Source: Lama guanicoe (Eukaryota). Taken from it: a stretch of DNA of 64,000 nucleotides. This document shows, piece after piece, positions 1 through 13,392 of this stretch (the stretch's first letter is position 1; the number at the start of each line of letters is the position of its first letter). Below the pieces are notes generated by a model, which saw only the letters and a list, made by a program, of their open reading frames with translations, did not search any database and had not been told where the DNA came from. Position numbers and translations under genes: made by a program. The stretch spans positions 2,358,001 through 2,422,000 of the forward strand of contig MU053652.1 in assembly GCA_013239625.1 (NCBI GenBank), in the 5' to 3' direction.

Positions 1-240
1 TGGTTACTAAAGAAAAGAGGGAAGGGGAGGGGCAAATTAGGGGTATGTAATTATGAGATATAAGATACTATGCACAAAATAGATAAGCAACAGGGATATA
101 TTGTGTAGTGCAGGGAATTATAGTTATCACCTTGTAGTAACTTTTAATGGAGTATAATCTGTAAAAACACTGAATCACTATGCTATATACCTAAAACTAA
201 TGTAATATTGTAAATCAACTATACTTCAATTTTCAAAAAA
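1..240 (+). mobile_element. LINE-1 3' end (younger L1MA/artiodactyl-type)
   Basis: Typical L1 3'UTR (aaaatagataagcaac...gaatcactatgctatatacctaaaactaat...tgtaaatcaactatacttcaat) plus A tail. Confidence 0.85.
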
Positions 241-520
241 AGACAAATATTGTATGATGCCATTTATATGAAGTATATGAAGTAGTCAAATCCATGGAAA
301 CAGAAAGTAGAATAGTGGTTGCCAGGGGCTGGGAGAGGAGGGAATGGGGAGTTGTTGTTTAATGGGTCCAGAGTTTCAGTTCTGCAAGATGAAAAGAGTT
401 CTGGAGAGAGGCTGCCCCACAAATGTGAATGTGCTCAACACTCCTGAACTGTACACTTAAAATGGTTAAAAGCGTCAATTTGATGTTACATGTATTTAAC
501 CACAATTAAAAGTTTAAAAA
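241..520 (+). mobile_element. LINE-1 3' end (L1MB-like)
   Basis: agacaaatattgtatgat...agaaagtagaatagtggttgccagggg...gtttcagttctgcaagatgaaaagagttctggag...aactgtacacttaaaatggttaa, with an A-rich end. Confidence 0.85.
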
Positions 521-749
521 TGAGGAAAGTGAAGTATCCAGAATAAAGAGACACTCCCAAGGGGCAGAAGTGAGATTTGAGCTCACATCTATCTGGGGGA
601 AAACTCATGCTTTAACCCCTAACCTCCCAAAGCCAAAGGCTTCCGTAGAGCTGGCCACACTCTCCGGTATGGGCCCTTGGTAACCACAAGCATCCTGGTC
701 GTAGGTGACACCCCGCCTCACGACAGTCAGTGTCAGGCATGTGCACCAG

Positions 750-1320
750 CTAAGGAGCTTGTCTTTGCTGAGCGGCTATGCTCCAGGCTCTGGGCTGGGC
801 ACGAGAGCATAACGGTGACTAAGACAGCCCTGTCCTCCCGGCACTTACATTCTAGGGAGGGGAGCCAGATGACAGGTACATAAACAGATATTTATCAGAG
901 AAAATTAACAACAGTGATAAGAGCTGTTAAGGAAACAGCCATGAATAAGAAGGAAAATCTCTGGGGCTAGGAGAAAAGAACACATGGCTTGAGCTAGACG
1001 TGTCAGGGGAGGACTCCCAGAGGAGGGGACATCTTTGCAGGTCCTACAGCTTGACCTGGGAGATGGTATTTCAGCTGGAGGACACAGTTCACACAAAGAT
1101 CTTGGGTCAGGAACACACTGCAAAGCTGAGAAAGGGATGGCCAGAGTGGCTGGCACGGAGGGAAAGATGACAAGGGAGTCAGAGACGAGGGTGGAGAAGG
1201 CAGGGCCGGGTCACCAGGGCCCATGTAGAGCTTGCTGCACAGTTCGGGTTTCCTAAGAGCCATAAGAAGCCATTGGAGGGTTCCAAGCAGTGGGTGAGGT
1301 GGTTTGATTTCTGCCCTAGA
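750..1320 (-). mobile_element. LINE-2 3' fragment
   Basis: Antisense L2 motifs (aagacagccctgtcc..cttacattctag; agccattggagggttccaagcag), highly diverged. Confidence 0.65.
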
Positions 1321-2169
1321 AATAACTTTAGAAACAATGGGTGTTTTCTAGGTGAAGTTAACTTTTCCTTAGGGTGCATCAAACCTCTGCTTCATTGATC
1401 CATGGAGCTCAGGGCTCAGACCAGGACACAGGCATCGATTTCCCTAAGTTACCAGGTGTTCTTTCACTGAAATGTAGAGAGTTTTTAGCAGCATCAGCTT
1501 GAGCTTCCTAAGAAGCTCAGGAGAGTCAGGAGCTGTTTACACAAGAGCCACCTGAAGTGCACAGATGAAGGTTCTGAAGTCCCTAATCATGGGCAGAACC
1601 ACAGAGAGAACCCAGGCGTTCCACTTCCTCGTAGGTCAGCCCAGGGTCCCCAGTGCCAGCCTCGTCCGTGGACAGGAGCCAGGACTCCCAGGATCTGAAG
1701 ACTCGTGATTATCACACCTGCTGTCATCCGAGGCCCATCTAGGACTTTCTGAACTCCTTCTCAGCTCCGAGCCCTGCAATAACACCTCTCCCCACCTGCC
1801 CACAAGGTCAGAACTCCATGCGAAGAAGGGGTGCTTCCAGTCAGGGGCCGCGTTCAAGCTCCTCATGTACCCAGACTTGGCTGACCCTCTGCTCTTCTCT
1901 GGGCTTTCTTGACCCCAGTCTGGGCTCTCCTCTCTCCGACCCCTGGCCCTCCCACCATCCCCATTCTCTGGTTCCTACAATGGCTGCCTTAAAGTTGGGG
2001 TGTGGAAGGCTCCCTCTTCAGCCCACTGGTCCTCTCACCCTCACCCCCTGGGTTGTCACCCTCCCCCCTCTGCTGATGGAGCCCAGAACCACACCTCTAG
2101 CCCTAATCTAGTTCCTCCCAGTCAGGGAATATCCTGCAGACACCTTCAGCACAGCGTGATTGTCACGAA

Positions 2170-2960
2170 AGTAATTATTTCCTTCCCCAAACCGGCCCCT
2201 TGTCCTGGGTTCCCTATCTCCCTTAAAAGCCACATCAGTTATCATCCATCATCTTGGACTTCACCCCTGCTCACTTCCCGTGATAGGTCACGAGCTGTCA
2301 TCAGTTCTACTTTCAATACGTCTCATCTCTGTCCTCCCCTTACCATCCCTATCACCCTGGCCCTCTCTCAGGTTTTTGTCATCTGTTGCCTGGATTACTA
2401 CAGTATATCTCACATGGCCCCTAAACTTCCAAGTCCCCTCCAACACCTACCACCAGAGGTTATTTTTCCAAACCACAGTTCTGATCATGTTACTCCCTCA
2501 CTCCAAAATCGCTGATGGTTCCCCAGTCTCCAAGCTCTTCCTAATCCGACCTCAACCACCTCACAGGGTCCACTCTCACCACTCTCCAAAAGCACCCTCC
2601 TCTTCAGCAAGTCCACACTAGTCTTTCCCTAAACACACTGTGCACTTTTAAGGCATGTTTTTCACACTGTACATCTGCCTAGAATCCTCCTCCATCCTTC
2701 TTTCTCAATGCACAATTCAAATGCCTTCTCCTCTGAGATGCTTTCTCTGCCCCTCCCAGCTCCACTCTGATGCAGTCACTCTTTCCTCTGGATTCTCATC
2801 GCCTTATCCCTGACTTTCAGCAGACTTGGTGAGCGTCCCTTTGTGGTGGCCTGCTCCACTGGCCTGCAGGCTCCTCAGTGAGGCAGGTCCTACCTCTGCC
2901 CCGCCCCCAAGTCCCTCTCATGGTGTTGAGCACATTAGATGTTCAAACGATAGAATTCGA
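2170..2960 (+). mobile_element. LINE-2 3' fragment
   Basis: Pyrimidine-rich L2 sense motifs (gcctggattactacag; tctgatcatgttactccctc; ctgcctagaat; caaatgccttctcctctgag). Confidence 0.7.
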
Positions 2961-3527
2961 TTCATTCACTCATACACTCATTTGTTCAATCAATAAATAT
3001 TTATTTAGACTTAGCTCTAGGCAAAGCACAGTTTTAGGCAGAGAGGAGAGAGGGCATGCAAAGAAGCTTGACCCAGAATCGACCTGGGAGCTAAGATGTG
3101 TGCACTAGTACCTATGTTACCAGATGACATGTGGGAAGGGCACGGGAAGGTGGCAAAGAGCACAAGGTTCCCTGGAGGGAAGCATCCCAGCACAGGTGCA
3201 GCCTTCATCCTGACAATGCAGGGACCCAGGCTGGAACGCAGACTGGGACAGGTCTGCAACTACAGCTGACTACCAGGCACCCTCCAGCCACCCAGTTCAG
3301 TTCTGTTCAATCCACTGGGGACTGTGCTGGGAGCCTCACAGAGTCACCCCAGGCCCCACCACCCTTCAAGGTCCCAGATCCTATGACCTTTGAGAAATCC
3401 TTCCTGCCTGCTGGCCCCAGGCCACATGACCTCTCATCCCCACCCAGACTCCTGCAGCACCCGCCCTTCTGCCTCGGATACAGTCCTGCTCCGGTAGGTA
3501 TTTTTTGTCTCTTGGTCCTGTTACTTG

Positions 3528-3760
3528 AATCAGTCAGCATCCCAGCAGGAAACAAAGAGCACCCTCTCGCTAGAGTAACTGCAGGAGTTTTTTAAAGAAA
3601 GGGTCTATTTACAAAGGTGTGGGCAGGTTAGAGAGGAAGCAGAAGAGATAGGGCTACACCCCACGACCGCTGACAGGACACATGTCACCCCCAGCTGCAG
3701 GGGTGAGGGAAGGACCATCACTGGATCCAGGAAGGAGAGGGTCAAACAAGATCCCACACA
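3528..3760. mobile_element. ERVL LTR fragment (LTR33-like)
   Basis: cccagcaggaaacaaagagcac...aaagggtctatttacaaaggtgtgggcagg resembles the recalled LTR33 consensus. Confidence 0.5.
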
Positions 3761-6621
3761 GGCAGAGCTGGCTTTCCTAGCCAGCACCCAGGCTCTACTG
3801 CCACCATCCTCCCCTCATCTTCTACCCTCCGAGCATCTATCTGTCCGGTGTCCTGCACTTCAGGACCAGGGAGGTGACCTGGAGCTGGAGCTGCTTCCTG
3901 CAAATGCCACTGCTGACACAGACCCTGTGTCATCTAGACACAGGGGCCCATCCACTCAATGCCAAGACCAGAGTTGGCCATGCAGATGTATTTGAGTTTA
4001 TCATTTTCATCCCCTAAATCACACAGATACTCTGGGATCCCCTCCAGAACTGCCCCAACGCCTGGCTGTGGAATACGGGGGCCATGCTTCCCCCTTCTAC
4101 GGGGCCCATGTTTCTCTTTCCACGAGAGAGCACGTCACCCGGCTTGTATACGTCCAGAGAGGGAGGCTGGGGGAAAGGGGCCGCTGGAATTCCAGGGCTC
4201 CTTACCAACACCATTTGACATCACTCCCCAAGTTGTACCAGGAACGGGGAAGCCCAGAGTCCGCCTGAAGCTTCTCTAAACAGCAAAGTTCTGGATACAA
4301 GGCAGCTCTGGCCGCAGCCCCCACCCGGGAGCTCACAAGAGGTCTGGGGCTTTGTCCTTCATCATCATGTCAGCTCACTGAGAGCCCGGCCTCACCAACA
4401 CCATAAACAGTGCCCTAAGAAGGAGCGGGGGTGGAGGTAGAGAGGGTGATGGACTGCTTTTTCTGCAGCAGAGTCAATTAATAAGGAAGTTTAAAGGGCC
4501 ATTGTGTTATTCCACTTATGAGAAGAATGTGACCTGGGGCCACGGTTCCAGGTACCTGCTCTCAGCAGCTCTGGTGTTGCTCTGGGTGATAACTGCGGCT
4601 CTGGGGGAGTGAGGATCGTCTGGTCTCTTATGGGTGGTTATGCTGAGCAGCCCGCAGGGCCTGCAGCAAGGAAATCACAGTCGGCAGGTTCATCTGAGGC
4701 TCTCTGAAGCCCTTGGCTATTCCTCACAAGCCCCCACCCGCAGCATTCCCAGGCCTCTGTGTCACGTCGCCTCCTGTCTACTCTGTGTCCTGTTCTCTGT
4801 CCTCTAAGAGATGACCAAGCCTGATCTGGTTCCCAGACCGTGCAGAAGTGGCCATATCAGGCATAAGGTTTGAATGGATGGGCTCCACTACACCAGCATC
4901 AGGGCCTGTGCCGGCATCAGTGCAAAAGCCAAGGCCTGGGCAGCGTCTTGAAGGCACTGGAAAAAGAACACTCTCACATACTGGCCAATGTGCAAAGTTC
5001 CACACTTAGACATTCATTCCTTTAACTTAAAACACTGAATCTTCAGAAGTTCTCTGTTCTGGGACAAAGGAGTAACCTGCCACCCCTTCCCATCAGGTTC
5101 CACATGTTCATTCCAATGGCAGCTTTCCAGAGACAATGGCCTTGCCCTTGCCTGGAGTACCCAGGTGCTGGCACAAAGGGGGTCATGGCCTATTGGTGAA
5201 GAGATGCTGCTATGAGTTGGCTGCATTGAGACCAAATGATTCAGTGGAAAGAGCAGTAGCTCAAGAATCAGCAGCTGTGGGCCCTCAGCTGCATGAGCTT
5301 GAGGTCACTTCTGAGTCTCCGTTTTCCCAGCTCTAAATTGAGGAGGAGGCTTCCTCCCAGCTCAGAAATACTCCCTCGTGCATGGGCCTGACGCCCCAGG
5401 ACTAGCAGGAGGCCCAGCCCTAGCAGGGGAGGCCCTGCACAGCTCCAGTTTAAAGTACCCAACAGTTGCTTCCAGGCTTCTCCCCTACTCTTCCCTCCGG
5501 TCCTCAGGCACCTCCTACCAGCCCCCAGCCTCGGGCTCCAGCCCTTCTTCTGGATCACGCTGATACGGCCCTCATCCCAACTGGTCATCCACCTTCTGAG
5601 TTCAGACAGGAGCAAGGTCTTTTGTCACCAGGGTCTGTCCCCTGCCCTGAGGTTGGACATGATCTTACAGGAACCCCTCTAACACCTGTGCGGAGCCAAC
5701 CCCTGAACGTTAGTTATGCCAGAGCTTGGCTTCCAGAGCCACGGTGGCTCCGCCCCTCAGTTCCACACTCTCATCTTCTCACCAGCAGCCCCCCTGAGCC
5801 TGAGGTCTCCTGCCCCCGCAGCCCTTCCTCACGCTCCCAGGGGCTTTACCTCCAGCACCTCTGAACCCCATGCCCTGGGGTAGTAAGACCATCGCCCCCT
5901 CTCGGTGGGGGAGCCACATGCTCCTTGACCACCACCATCTCCCCTTCTAATAGTTTAAGGTCACATTAGTCAAGTCCTTGAAATATGAAGTTTACTCCCT
6001 CATTCAGGTCAACAGCTATGACTGCACTGGACCCCTATCCCACACCCATAAAAGCTCCTGAGTTAAGGAGAGAAAGATGTGACCCAAAGCCATCCTAAGG
6101 CTCAATGACAGTCCTTGTACAGAAGGACTTGGGCATCAAGGTCATCAAATCACCTCCCTTCCAGAGACAGCTGCCATCAACCGCAAACCCCAGGACACCC
6201 CAAGAAAACCCTAAAAGCCAGCCTTTACCATTTCTCATCATGTCTGGCCCTGTCCCTGGGGCACTCTTTCATCTGGAATCACTCTGGCAAAGGGGAGGTC
6301 AGCGGGGGTCTTTTTTCTTAATGACTTCCTTGGTCTTGTGTCCTGGGTCAGCGTCCCGTCCCTTGACCACATGTAGGGGTAGGGGGGTGATGGTCATTCA
6401 GAGGAGGGAGGCCTGAGAAGGCTGACGTCTGTGAGCCGTGTTTGCAGCTGTGCCCCTCCAAAAGCCAGAAAGGGTGATTCATAACTGCATAATTTAGCTC
6501 TTCTAAAGGACTTAATGCTTAAAAAGCCTACTTCTCCAATACCACCTCAGCTAGAACCCCCCGCCAGCATGAAGGGAAGCAGCTTGACCCCTTAATCAAA
6601 TACACAAATTCACTTATTTAT

Positions 6622-6706
6622 ATCTTTCCTTCTTCTCTTCCTTCCTCTTCTCCTCCCTCCTTCCTTCCTTCTCTCCTTCTTCCTTCTTTCCTTTCCTTCT
6701 TCTTTT
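6622..6706. repeat. CT-rich polypyrimidine low-complexity tract
   Basis: About 85 nt of TTCC/CTT-type units. Confidence 0.9.
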
Positions 6707-9700
6707 ATCTGTCCAAACAAGGATGCTATGATCAACAGTAACAGCTGGCTGGTTCTCCAAATTCCAGAGTAAGGAAGCTTAGAAAGAGGTAAGAACAGGA
6801 AAGAAAACACCACGGGAGTCATCAACACTCTGAAGAGTCAATTATACAAATTGGCACCCAAAGTTTAGGATAAAATCACAGATAGTCTAACCACATGGAT
6901 AGATATTAAGAGCAAAATGGACTTTGGAGAATGAGTCTCTGATCCAAGGGTGACATCGGGGAGAATTATCACCCACAAACCCAGGGTGCTTCTTATCAGA
7001 GACACAGCCCTTCGGGTCAGTGGACCACAGATCCAAGCCCTCGTGGCCTTTCCTATGTCCTCAAGGACACCCAAGGACCCTCCAGCCTGATGCAGCCAGA
7101 AATCCCCTCTTCCAAACAGCTGAATATCCGCCAAATGCCTCTGCCTGGGCCTGCCGGTCAAAGCGCAAAGGGTGGTATTTTTTAATCTTGCTGCTTTTCT
7201 GTCTCTTTGTTCTTCCCTGTGCTTCATTATCTTGAGATGTCTTTAATAACTGAGCAGGCCTGGAACACTCCTCCTCCTCTTCTCCCACGTGGGGTTTTGG
7301 CATCCCCTCTGTGTAGGAGGGCCGCCAAAGTCCCGAGCTGGCCCGAGTGTCTCTTGCTGGGGCAGCTGGCTTGCAGCAACCCTGGCAGAAACTGGGAAGA
7401 GGGGGGTCCGGGAGCCTCCACGGAATCCATCAGACACAGGAAATGAGATTTTAGTAGAAAAGAAGGTCTGTCCACCCACCCTTCTGCCCTGCGCACAAAA
7501 ACACACATACCCCCAGTTCTCCAGCTGGCAACGCCTGAGTCACCGCGTCCCGTGAGTTGTTGGGTTAGAGGGGTTTTGAGGAGGTGTTCTCGGCAGGAAC
7601 ATGCCACATCAGATGTCTGCCTACAGCTCAGGATGATGCTAGGAATACACCCCCACGAACAGGATATTGCTTATACGAACACTTAGTCCCCAGCTGGTCA
7701 ACATTCAAGTGGCAACTACAGAACACTCCAGATCTCCCAAATGCTTCTCAAACCATCAGATCTCCTGTCAGTCCAGGTGTGAGGAAGGGAGGTTGGCATG
7801 GTCAGGCCCACAGGTAGGACACTGTGCTGGGAGGGAGGCACCGAGGAGGAAGCCAGACCCCATTCCAAGGGGCCCCCAGGCTTTCAGAGGAGCCAGTGCA
7901 TACACAGCGGGCTGCCCCCAGGGTCCCCACAAACCACATCCTATGAGAGCACGACAAGGGGCGGGTGAGGTACCCCAAAGGAGGCAGCACTGGCGGAGCC
8001 TTCAACCCTGACGGCCATCTAAGTTCTCTTCTAAGGTGGCAGGTATAGGAGCGCGAGCCCAGGGTGTGCCCCTCACCAAGTTGCCTTCCTGATGCTTTTC
8101 GAGCACTTTCCATGGGTGCCCTGTGGTTCAGGACTTGCCATCCTCCCCCACCGTGAGTCTATTTCTTTTGTACCCCCCCACCCTCCTCCAGCTCTGCCTC
8201 ACAGGATGTCATCGGTCATTATCAGTCAGTCATCAGGATCAACCCTCTGAGCGCCTTTCCTGACCGCCCAGGGCAGCCCCACCCATGACCCAGAGGCCTG
8301 GCCGTCAGCCCCACGCCTGTCCCTGTGACCACGTAATTGTTCTGGGCGAGTCATTGTCCAGTTCAAGGAGAAAGTCTGAAAGGGAAGTTCGGGGCCACCC
8401 CCTGGTACACACCCTCTGCCAGAATGGACTGTCTAGTAAGTCCCTACTCTTAGGGGATGGTCCAGCCACACCCTGCCTGCACCCCAGGACTCAGGTTGAG
8501 ATAACAGGCAGGGAAAGGGGCAGCCCCCAGCAGGAACTGAACCCAACAAAGAGGGCGGCTGGGCGGCCCTGCACCAGGGGAGGCAGAGGAAAATAGCCGC
8601 TGGATGAGATCAGGGAAATTACGTCCCCCTGCTCCACATCAGCACACTTTCCATGGGTGCCCCAGGATGATCCAGGTCTATTTTTGGTCACTGCCCACCC
8701 TCTTCCCCTCCCAGGCCCATCCCAGAAATGCTGGGTCTGTCTCCTCCCCAGCCAGCGCCCTGGCCTGCCTGGCCTGAATCTCCTGGGGCACTCCACCCAC
8801 CACGGAGCAGCGAGGCTCTCCAGAACCCCCTGGCAGCCCCTCTCTGCATGTTCCTTGCCCTAGACAGCTGAGAGAGCACACGGCCACCTTACTTCATTGC
8901 AGCTGGAACGGGAGGGGACACTGGGAGGTCACTGGGGGCCCCCAGAAGCCTGGGGTAGGGCCTGGGTAGCATGGGGTTGGGCCTGGAAAATGGTGGCCCT
9001 TGGTGGCCGTGACAGTCCCCAGACTTTGTAAGGGGCTTTACAAAGAGACCCTGGAGCAGAGTTCAAGTTGAAGGGACATTCACAAGAGGGAGAAGCAGGC
9101 CAGAAGTTCCACAGAGACATTCGGGAAGCCAAATGCTGTAACAGTTTCCTAGGGAGGTGGAGGGGAGCAGCGTGAAGGGCACTTTATGTCTTGGCACTTG
9201 GTTTGTCCAGTTGTCAAAACTCCACCTCAGCCAGCCATGTTCCCTGAGGGCAGAGAACATCTTTTGTTCATCCTTGTTTCTAGCGGTGTGATAACTTAAA
9301 ATAGTAAAAACTCATCAGAACAGCTGTCAGCCAGCACACCTGATCCAGGACTACCTGGGTTTGTATCCTACACAGCACCCGGTCCCAGGAAGTGATGCGA
9401 GACAGTAGCAGTTTAGTCAAGTCTCAGGTTTGACTTGGGGACAGAGGTGACTTCCTTCTCCCTGAAGGATGATCCTCATGAGGGCTCAGCGCTTGGAGCA
9501 GTACCAGGTGGCGGGCCCTGCCCTGGCTGCCCGTGGTCTCGCGCACACCAGGGAGCGCATCCTACACGGGGGTGGCCCGAGGGGAGCAGCTGGGCCCCGC
9601 TGTGTTTTCAGAGCTCGAGATTGCCACCGGCGTCAGCAAATAGCACCAGAAGGTTTCATCAGAAATCAGGGACTACATAAATAAATAAAAAGGAGCCAGC

Positions 9701-9780
9701 AACAGCTGCCAGCCATCACCCTAATTAAAACAAATATGCAGTCCACCCTGGTCAGCTTTCTGCTGCTGCCTGATGCCCCT

Positions 9781-9825
9781 ACACATACACATACACGCAC
9801 ACGCACGCACACGCACACACACACA
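9781..9825. repeat. Imperfect (CA)n/(CACG)n microsatellite
   Basis: acacatacacatacacgcacacgcacgcacacgcacacacacaca. Confidence 0.9.
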
Positions 9826-9944
9826 GGCAACAGGCCACTGGCAGAGGGACGGAGGTCACAGCCCGGGGCCAGAAGCTTCCCAGCCCCAAATGTGGCCACG
9901 GCACCTATACCCCCTGCCCCCTTCACCCCACCAGCATGGGTCTC

Positions 9945-10362
9945 CATGCTCTTTCTAGAACATGCCAAGCTGGGTGTCTACCGTGGGCCCTCCATGCTTG
10001 CTGCTCTCAGTGGCTGGAAGGCTCTCCTGTCATGTGTTTTCACCGCTCACTCCTTCATTCCATTCAAATGTTGCTCAAAGATCACCCCTTCAAAAGGCGT
10101 TCCCTCCAGGCCGGATCTAAAATACCATCTATGCGGCCCGACGCCGTCTAACCCCTTATTCTGCCTTCTTTGGAGCACCCATCTCTGTTATTTGTTCCCA
10201 CCCACTCACTGCCACTCGTGCTCGCCCCTGCCTTCACCTCCCAGGCCCACCACATCTGAACACCCTGGGGACTGGGGCTGTCTCGCTCAATGTTGTCTCC
10301 CAAGCTGCTTGAACAGTGTCTGGTACATAGTAAGCTTCCAACAAATAAGTATTCACTGAATG
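9945..10362 (+). mobile_element. LINE-2 (L2a-like) 3' end
   Basis: ttctagaacatgccaagc...tgttgctcaaagatcacc...gaacagtgtctggtacatagtaagcttccaacaaata...tgaatg terminus. Confidence 0.75.
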
Positions 10363-10514
10363 CAGCATTACTCCTTCCACGCCAAGATGACACACCTGAC
10401 TTACCAGAATTTGAGCTGCTGTTTCTAGTAAAGAGTGAGGTACAGAGAGTTCCTATCCACTCTTGTCACAAGGCCACCTACCAGACGGCAGCACAGGAAT
10501 GACCATCATGCTAG

Positions 10515-10720
10515 TTTCCTTGGGCCAGGCCCTCTGCAAGCTTCTCTACGTGTATCAGATCTTTTATTCCTTACAATAACCTCAAGCACTCAGCATTTTT
10601 ATCTCCACTTAACATATGAGAGGGCCAGTTGTCAGCGAAGGAACTTCCCCAAGCTCGCTGAGCTGACCCATGATACAGCCTGGACTTAAACTCAGATCTG
10701 CTGGACACTAAAGCTCAGCC
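10515..10720 (-). mobile_element. MIR SINE
   Basis: Diverged antisense MIR core (ttattccttacaataacc...aacttccccaag...aactcagatctg). Confidence 0.6.
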
Positions 10721-11349
10721 ACAAAGAAGCTTCTTTCTGGGACAAAACTAAAACAACAGAACCATCCCTCCTAAAACCACTGTCTCCCCCAGCCCTGTAT
10801 CAGTGGCTGTTAGCTCGCCTAGGCCCAGGGAAGGGCACCCTTCCACCTTCCCTGCCCACAGCACCAAGGGCGCTGAAGGAGTTAACGAGGCTTATCCAGC
10901 TTCACACCCAAGCTCCCAATGAGTGGGAGCTAAACATCTCTTGTCTAAGTACTGTCTGCCTGATAGTACAGGGCAGGGGCCCTTGCTCAGACCCTCCACC
11001 CTTTCCCTGAAGCCGATAGCATCTCCCAAACTTATCTAAGTCAGAGGAGGAGACCGTCAGCCCAACGCAGCTGGGTTCCCCAGGCCCTCGCTGCTGAGGA
11101 CAATGGGGCGGGGTTTCCGGCAGCAAGATAGGGGGAGGCAGGGCCCCAAGCCAGACAGCAGAAGGCAGAGCTCAGTGCATCAGCAGGGAGACCGCCAGGC
11201 CTGCAGTGGGTGGGAGGGATGCAGACTCCAGGGCCCCCAGGTGCTGACTCACTGCCGAGCTCAGGGACAAGTCACTTCCCCGGGGGACAGGCTCTGTCTG
11301 TCAAAGGGACAGAGCCAGGCGCCCTTAGGGAAAGGTGGTTTCTCAGCCT

Positions 11350-11485
11350 TAGTGAGTTTCCTGTGCCCAGTGCCCTCTTGGGGCACTTTGCAAATATCAT
11401 CTCGTTGACACTTTCCCACACTCTGAGAAGTAGGTACTTTTCTTGTCCCCACTTTACAGATGAGTAAACCAAAGTTCAGAGATCA
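11350..11485 (-). mobile_element. MIR SINE fragment
   Basis: gtaggtacttttcttgtccccactttacagatgagtaaacc..cagaga, the MIR core. Confidence 0.7.
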
Positions 11486-13229
11486 ATTTGGCCCCCTGCC
11501 CTGCCCCCACATCCATGCTGCACTTCTAATTTTAAGGAGATTGAGTTCAGCTCTGCTGTCTTCCATCCTTCCCTTTTCCCATCAGCCCAACCAGGGGCCC
11601 AGTGCTCTTCGGAACCTTCCCCGGGGCAATTGAGGATATTTGTGTTGCCTCCCAGGCCCACCTGTGGCCCGGCTAGGCCACATGCAGCACAGCGCGTGAC
11701 AAACGGATGGAGATGTGGGAGTCACGCTGTCCTCTCCTACCCTGGTTACACACTTCCTGCTTACACAGTCTCCCATTTCTGGAGTTTCTGGAGTTACAGG
11801 GCATGGCCATTTAAGCACCCACAGCTCACATCATGGGGGCGGGTGGGCTGGGACCCGGAGAGCTGAATTTCAGGCCCAGTTCTGCTGCTCACCAGCAGTG
11901 TGGTCTCCATGTGTCGGATGCTGGGTCACCTGCTCCCTTAGGGGTCCTCGAAAGGCCCACGGTGAGCTGGAGACCATCCTCACCCCACCCCGGCACTGTG
12001 TGTAAGGTGCCCGGCGCTGAGTTGGTAAAATGACAGCAGAAAGCAGAACGCTCTCCAGCATATGAGGAAAGACACATGTGATGTCAACACTGGCTCAGCA
12101 TCATCTTGCTAGGGACACTGGGACAGAACAAGTGCCCCTGGGAGGCCTCAGGTTGAATCTGGGCAGAACAAATCATCCTGGGGTCCAATCTACCCAAACA
12201 TGCGTTATGCCATCCAATTCCTTTCCCCCTCCAGTACCATCTCCTTGACCATGCAGATAGTTTATCTGAACCTCATAAATCCCAGAATCCAGCTTATTGG
12301 CCAGAGAGAATCAGAAAACACATAGAAACCTCAAGGACTGCTTCCAGCAGAAGGAACAAAATCACCTACTTGTAAGACAACATCACCTTTAGAACAGTGT
12401 CTCTGAAGAATCTGTGTGGACAGATTCCAGGGGTAACTGTTGAGGCTGAAAGTTCAAGTTTGCACAGGGCATTGGAGGCATCTAGACCAAAGAGCCAGTT
12501 GATTTTTGTAGGTGCAACACTGCTACCCCAGCAGACCCTTTGAGGTTCCCGTCAACTCTATTTTTGTCCCTGCGTCTGGGAAAACTGACTAAATTTCCTT
12601 TTATTTGGAACCAAGCCCAACTCTGAAGTTGGGTGGATGTAGCCACACTTCCGCACCCAAGTTTCCGTAGGTTCGAAAACAACGCTGGGTGTTGCAGGCA
12701 ACAGCTGTGCTAACAAGCACAGGTCTTATCTGTCCCAGCCTAGTCCTGCCGGGGTGTCCTGGAGAGCCCGGGCCCTGACTGAAGAGCGGCCAGCCACACC
12801 CACCAGGGCCGGAGTTACAAAGAGCCTGGGTCATCAGATAAGGAGCCTCAGAGAACACCCTTAGAAAATGACCACAAGAGTCATTCCACCAGTGAGAGGG
12901 ACTCTCCCCTCAAAAACTGCCCCTAGAACTCCTACCAGAAAGACCAGCCTGATTCTCCATCCTCATGCCATCTGATCACGTACTTCCTCAGCCATTCCAA
13001 CACCCATGTCTGGATTGGCACAGGCTGGACACAGTGGCCAAAATTCTCAGTGTTTCTGTCTCTTGGCGCATAGGTTCTAGCTTTTCTCCTCAACTACAAG
13101 CCCCTAGAGGGCAGGCATCTGTGTGTGTGGTCAGCTGTGTGTCCTCCTCCACAGTGCCTGGCTCAGGAAGAGCAAATCCATGCCAGCCCCTCTGTCAACA
13201 CTGGGGCCTCTCTGCATCTGCCTGGGTGC

Positions 13230-13392
13230 CCCAGCGGTCCTAGCCCCTGGCTGCACATCAGAGGCATCTGGGGAGCCTTAGAAATTACACCCTGGGCTCT
13301 CCCTCAGAGGTTCTGATGCATCTGGGGCAGGATGCAACTCAGACCTCGGTGTGTTTTAAATGTGTAACCAAGGCTGAGGATCTCTGCTCTAG
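13230..13392. mobile_element. MER5-like hAT-Charlie MITE, diverged
   Basis: cctggctgcacatcaga..catctggggagcctt...cctcagaggttctgat...aggctgaggatctctg. Confidence 0.55.
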
